From the NCBI GenBank assembly GCA_024421085.1, contig JAHQYN010000001.1:5009-69008 (forward strand): a stretch of DNA of 64,000 nucleotides, read 5' to 3'. How positions within the stretch are numbered: position 1 is the first letter of the stretch; each line of letters begins with the position of its first letter. Of the stretch, positions 62,577-64,000 are shown piece by piece. A model generated the notes under the pieces. The model did not search any database and was not told the DNA's origin. It saw only the letters and a program-made list of their open reading frames with translations. The translations under genes and the position numbers were made by a program. Source of the stretch: Acidimicrobiia bacterium (GTDB lineage Bacteria; Actinomycetota; Acidimicrobiia; Acidimicrobiales; Aldehydirespiratoraceae).

Positions 62577-63188
62577 AACGCGAAGCCACACATAACGAGG
62601 GAAGTCTCCTTCCCACGGCGCACCTGTCGAACCATCACGTATTGCAGCGCGCAACCAGCGAGTGACGAGTTCTGCGTCGTCCTTATATTCTCGCGGGCAG
62701 ATTGAGGCATCGCCGCGCGGCTTGGGCGGTCCAGCGAATGAGGGCGTGTCCTTAGCAGGCTCGTCGATTCCGCGGCCGGGAGCGATCTGCCGGGCAGCGT
62801 CAGAAATCCGCTTCAGTAGGGCGCGCAGCTGATCGATCCTCTCCGGATCGATGTCGGCGTCGGAGTCGGGCCAGTCGGTCACCCGTGCTCTGGGATACGG
62901 ATCGTCTCTCAACCAGCGGTCCACTCGGATCCGGCGCGTGGCGATTGCGACGATCCCCCAGCGGCCGTCGGGCAACTCCTGTGACCCGACGATACGAGCG
63001 ACGACCCCCACCTCAGAGCGCAGGTCGTCTCCGCCGACTTCGCGTCCCCGTTCGATCATGGTGGTCCCGAACTCGGGCTCATCGAGTGCTGCCACGTGGC
63101 GTGCAAGCGCCCGGTAGCGCTCCTCAAATATATGCAGTGGCACCACGGCACTCGGCAGAACCGTCTGTTCAAGGGGGAACATCGGCAT
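62463..63188 (-). CDS. LON substrate-binding (N-terminal) domain protein; 3' end probably altered by the IS remnant
   Basis: The Met at 63188 gives MPMFPLEQTVLPSAVVPLHIFEERYRALARHV, a typical Lon N-domain start. The last ~40 codons run antisense through the transposase fragment. Confidence 0.7.
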   Translation of the reverse strand: MPMFPLEQTVLPSAVVPLHIFEERYRALARHVAALDEPEFGTTMIERGREVGGDDLRSEVGVVARIVGSQELPDGRWGIVAIATRRIRVDRWLRDDPYPRARVTDWPDSDADIDPERIDQLRALLKRISDAARQIAPGRGIDEPAKDTPSFAGPPKPRGDASICPREYKDDAELVTRWLRAAIRDGSTGAPWEGDFPRYVWLRVLGRGEGFEGLRGGAVAAQPGREHLVEPGGGHCGDVGR

Positions 63189-63199
63189 TTCGAGCACGT

Positions 63200-64000
63200 T
63201 CAGCCCACTGTGTCGGAAGCGGGCGCCACCGCGAGCGGGCTGATGGCGTCGAGTTCGGGCCCGTATCCGTAGGGATAGCGCGCGACCGCCTCGAGGAGGT
63301 TCGTCTGGATGGTGTTGCATGGCCCGAGCGCACCGGGCGCGGCGGGGTCCGCGTTGGCGACCTGCACGAAGGTGATCGCCTCGCCGTTGTCAGCGACCAT
63401 CTCTCCGACCAGCGCGGTGACCTGTCCGCGGTCTGCGCTGATGACGCGCATCGCCGGCCCGTCGGAAGGCGCGCACGGCGCCAACGCGCCCTCGCCGATG
63501 TCGTGGAGCGCCGCGTCGACGATCCCACCGGCGCTCCGCTGCTCGAGGATCGCCATCAGCAGGTCGCAGGTGACGCGGTTCGCGCTGGACAGGCCTGAGC
63601 CGTCGAGGGGGAGGCTGCCCTCTACGGGAAGTCCCCGCTCAACGAGAGTGACGAGCATCCCGAAGGCGGCATCGTTGGAGGCCGACGACAGGCCGTTGAC
63701 GCGGCCCACCTCCTTGAACAGCATCTCCGCGGTGGTTCCGTCGATCAGCGCCCGCTGTGCGATCTCGGCGATCGGGGGAGACTCGATCGAGGCGAGCAGT
63801 TGCTGTTGTGCTGAGGGGGGTTGTTCCCCGGTGGTCGCTGGAGCGCCCAAGGCGATCCCGCGCCGGACCAGCAGGTCGCTCAGTGTCGCCGCGGCCATCG
63901 CCGCCGGATCTTCTGACCGGGTGACCGTTGCGGTCTCACTGTCCCAGATGAACCCGTCGTTGACCAACAGGCCCGACAACGGACCCACCACGTTGTCGGC
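63200..64000 (-). CDS. dacB: D-alanyl-D-alanine carboxypeptidase/endopeptidase (PBP4, peptidase S13), C-terminal part; the 5' end lies outside the window
   Basis: The frame is open to the window edge. It has the LPLDGSGLSSANRVT motif (the DGSGLS box of S13). Confidence 0.7.
   Translation of the reverse strand, partial: ADNVVGPLSGLLVNDGFIWDSETATVTRSEDPAAMAAATLSDLLVRRGIALGAPATTGEQPPSAQQQLLASIESPPIAEIAQRALIDGTTAEMLFKEVGRVNGLSSASNDAAFGMLVTLVERGLPVEGSLPLDGSGLSSANRVTCDLLMAILEQRSAGGIVDAALHDIGEGALAPCAPSDGPAMRVISADRGQVTALVGEMVADNGEAITFVQVANADPAAPGALGPCNTIQTNLLEAVARYPYGYGPELDAISPLAVAPASDTVG

Overview
This is a 64-kb chromosomal segment from a high-GC Actinomycetota genome; hand counts give about 68-72% GC in core genes. 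The backbone is housekeeping. It holds a tryptophan cluster (trpE, ygfZ-like, ABM, trpF, trpB, trpA), two tandem SDR oxidoreductases, and an enoyl-CoA hydratase. It also holds a ThyX-like gene, an M20 amidohydrolase, tatA/tatC, lepB, and a complete Pup-proteasome cluster (arc/mpa, dop, pup, prcB, prcA, pafA, pafB, pafC) with gdh and alr embedded in it.

Accessory material is layered on this backbone:
- Two lower-GC restriction-modification islands. One is a 1014-aa MmeI-like Type IIG enzyme. The other is a Dcm-type m5C methyltransferase with a PD-ExK nuclease. Each is flanked by a direct repeat of the 5' part of the neighbouring gene, and neither has an integrase.
- An AbiEi/AbiEii toxin-antitoxin pair.
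- Degraded ISL3-like and IS1634-like transposase remnants.
- A roughly 2025-aa surface protein with 3 SLH domains, 28 RCC1-like blades, 2 Calx-beta domains and a beta-helix, ending in a low-GC C-terminal cassette.

The most interesting locus is a five-gene, translationally coupled operon at 11968-23002. It encodes a 3-TM protein, a secreted vWA/MIDAS protein with a C-terminal membrane anchor, and a 1092-aa cytosolic protein with tubulin/FtsZ signature motifs. It also encodes a 911-aa two-TM protein and a membrane-anchored metzincin-like protease with an acidic 19-aa repeat tail. I cannot assign this operon to any characterised system.

The window is also unusually rich in short tandem repeats at gene termini. 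It carries two long poly-C tracts, 18 nt and 15 nt, and the 18-nt tract coincides with a reading-frame break. I recognised no rRNA, tRNA or CRISPR array. All homology statements rest on motif recognition by eye, not on database searches.
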